From assembly GCF_011058155.1 (NCBI RefSeq), contig NZ_JAALFC010000016.1, positions 36,011-60,010 on the forward strand: a DNA stretch of 24,000 bases, given 5' to 3'. This DNA is from Litoribacterium kuwaitense (GTDB lineage: Bacteria > Bacillota > Bacilli > Bacillales > DSM-28697). The position numbers were made by a program, and so were the translations under genes. Below are positions 22,356-24,000 of the stretch, in pieces. Under the pieces are notes generated by a model. It searched no databases. It saw only the letters and a program-made list of their open reading frames with translations, and was not told the origin of the DNA. Each line of letters begins with the position of its first letter. Positions within the stretch are counted from its first letter, which is position 1.

Positions 22356-22626
22356 AGAATGTCCTCCTTCATATATTCATAGATAAATGTGAAAAAAGTT
22401 CATAATCCTTTTTTTATTGTAAGCGAAGACGATCAAGATGTGAATGGGGTTTCCTTGCGATTCCATGACAAAGTGTTGACAGTTCAATCATACGTCACAC
22501 ATTTGCCTAGTAAAACCCTTAGTGGGCTAAGAACTGTGAAAGTTATGTAAATTTCTTAAAGGTTCATCTAGTCTGTCTGCTTTGAAAGACGTACACTAAA
22601 ACAAGAAGAGGAAAGGGGGCATACAT

Positions 22627-23883
22627 ATGTGCATGGACGATAAAAAAAGATCCTTTTCGTACCGACAAATCTTTGTCATCGGAACGGGTTTCCTCGCCAT
22701 GATGCTCGTTTGGACGTTTTATAACGCGTTTATGCCGTTAGTACTGAGTGAATATATCGACAGCAGTGCCTTACGTGGCATCATTATGGGTTTGGATAAT
22801 TTACTGGCTGTCCTTCTTATTCCATGGATCGGTGCGTGGTCTGACCGCATTTCGACCCCTTTTGGACAACGTTTACCATTTATTATCGTCGGGATGCCAC
22901 TCGCAGCTTTGTTGTTCGTTTTGCTGCCGCTTGTCGCTAACATATCCTTAGGTTGGCTTCTGATCATCGACATCGCTTTTTTAATCGCCATGACGTTGTA
23001 TCGTGCGCCAGTGATTGCGCTCATGCCGGACGTCACACCGCAAAACAAACGGTCATCAGCCAATGGAATCATTAATCTACTTGGCGGTATCGGTGCGATG
23101 ATCGCGCTGTTTGGACTTTCAGCCGTCTACGATGTCAGCCGCACGTTCGCATTTGGCATCGGGTCAATTGTATTGATCACCGTCTTTCTGCTGCTGTTTT
23201 GGCGCATAGATCGTCAGCCGCCATATGCCGAAAAAGCAAGTGAAGCGAGCGAAGAAAGTCAATCCTTACGTGTACTTACAAAGGCGCTCAAAGCACTGAT
23301 AAATGTTGATTTTCGCGGACCATTATTGATTTTAAGCGGTATCTTTTTCTATTTCATCGGTTATTCAGGCATAGAAGCCCAATTTACGACGTTTGCAGTC
23401 GGGTATTTGCAGTTAAGCAGTGGTGAAGCGGGAACGACACTCGGCATCTTTAGCTTGTCCTTTGTTCTCTTTGCCGTTCCCGCTGGTTTTCTCGGCAACC
23501 GCTTTGGGAAGAGCCGGATGATGCAGCTAGGTCTTGCGATTTTGATTGTTTTATTTTCCGTTGTACCATTTTTGCCAAACGTTCTTTCAATACAAATACT
23601 ATTATTTTTCGCCGGCTTTGGCTGGGCACTCGTCAATGTCCAGGCGTACGCTTTCGTTGCCGACCTTGGTGGAAAAGCACAGATCGGCTACATGACCGGA
23701 CTCTATTATTTCTTCTCCATGGCTTCGTCCCTCATCGCCCCAGGACTCGCCGGACTGTTTATGGATCTGTTTACATTACCTTCATTGTTTTTCGTAGCTT
23801 CCATCAGCTTTGGTCTAGGTTTTGTCTTTTTAAATGCAGGGGCAAAAAAGACGACTAAAAGTGGTACACAGGTTGAGGCATAG
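22627..23883 (+). CDS. MFS transporter, GPH / SLC45 (glycoside-type symporter)-like
   Basis: GGAAAGGGGG SD 7 nt before the ATG. Twelve TM helices. Loop 2-3 motif GAWSDRISTPFGQRLPFIIVG is typical of GPH/SLC45-like carriers. 418 aa. Confidence 0.8.
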   Translation: MCMDDKKRSFSYRQIFVIGTGFLAMMLVWTFYNAFMPLVLSEYIDSSALRGIIMGLDNLLAVLLIPWIGAWSDRISTPFGQRLPFIIVGMPLAALLFVLLPLVANISLGWLLIIDIAFLIAMTLYRAPVIALMPDVTPQNKRSSANGIINLLGGIGAMIALFGLSAVYDVSRTFAFGIGSIVLITVFLLLFWRIDRQPPYAEKASEASEESQSLRVLTKALKALINVDFRGPLLILSGIFFYFIGYSGIEAQFTTFAVGYLQLSSGEAGTTLGIFSLSFVLFAVPAGFLGNRFGKSRMMQLGLAILIVLFSVVPFLPNVLSIQILLFFAGFGWALVNVQAYAFVADLGGKAQIGYMTGLYYFFSMASSLIAPGLAGLFMDLFTLPSLFFVASISFGLGFVFLNAGAKKTTKSGTQVEA

Positions 23884-24000
23884 TCAGTTTTCGTAAAATC
23901 ATCAAAGGCGATGCTTTAAAAGCAGATTCATTCTTTGTATACTATTAGGAGCTAAGTGTCTTATTCTAAAAAAGTGTGAAGGTTTGGTGCGAACCCTAAG

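Noticed and set aside
22388-22404. TGTGAA-AAAAG-TTCATA, a Rex/Fnr-like box upstream of the cyd operon
   Set aside because: It is attractive because Bacillus cyd operons are Rex-controlled. However, the half-sites are separated by 5 nt rather than the canonical 4 (TGTGAA-N4-TTCACA), and the right half has a mismatch. I cannot support it as a functional Rex or Fnr site without a PWM scan or EMSA.
23884-24000. Tail of the window after the MFS gene (TATACT box, ggtgcgaaccctaag)
   Set aside because: It is too short and truncated to call a promoter, riboswitch or RNA gene. I found no convincing terminator hairpin or known motif.
1-24000. Search for CRISPR arrays, tRNA/rRNA genes, IS elements, integrases, toxin-antitoxin pairs or defence-island signatures
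   Set aside because: I saw no spaced direct repeats, no cloverleaf-like or rRNA-like segments, no transposase, integrase or nuclease-like ORFs, and no terminal inverted repeats. The only large repeats are the flagellin paralogs.

Overview
The window looks like an ordinary chromosomal region of a Bacillaceae-type Firmicute. That placement is inferred from strong GGAGG-type Shine-Dalgarno sites, SigA- and SigD-type promoters, rho-independent terminators and gene content. All family calls come from motifs I recognise by eye; no database search was run. I found no tRNA or rRNA genes, CRISPR arrays, transposases, integrases or recognisable defence systems.

Gene order, left to right:
- uxaA (5' end outside the window) and uxaB, for hexuronate catabolism.
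- A decayed sulfatase 3' remnant inside an AT-rich scar.
- A flavin reductase.
- On the minus strand, a DUF2254 membrane protein followed by a compact GH101/GH129-like glycosidase whose start codon is unresolved.
- A His-rich, CPH-motif CopB-type P1B ATPase preceded by a CsoR-like palindrome.
- A frameshifted amidase.
- A GNAT acetyltransferase.
- A TetR plus paired-SMR efflux operon.
- Three tandem flagellin paralogs.
- A DUF1648 membrane protein.
- A GntR / CynX-like MFS / SDR operon.
- A short-type cytochrome bd oxidase (cydAB) flanked by two small single-TM ORFs.
- A GPH/SLC45-like MFS transporter.

The most interesting structure is the flagellin array. One SigD-type promoter and one terminator bracket three cistrons. 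Each cistron keeps its own CsrA-type leader, with a GGA in a hairpin loop and a GGA in the SD. The termini differ only at synonymous sites, while the central domains are divergent.

Secondary items:
- The unlisted 32-codon ORF upstream of cydA.
- An anti-SD hairpin in front of the SDR gene.
- A 34-nt perfect block shared by the two SMR paralogs.
- Several gene-decay scars.

I did not find a convincing novel multi-gene system.
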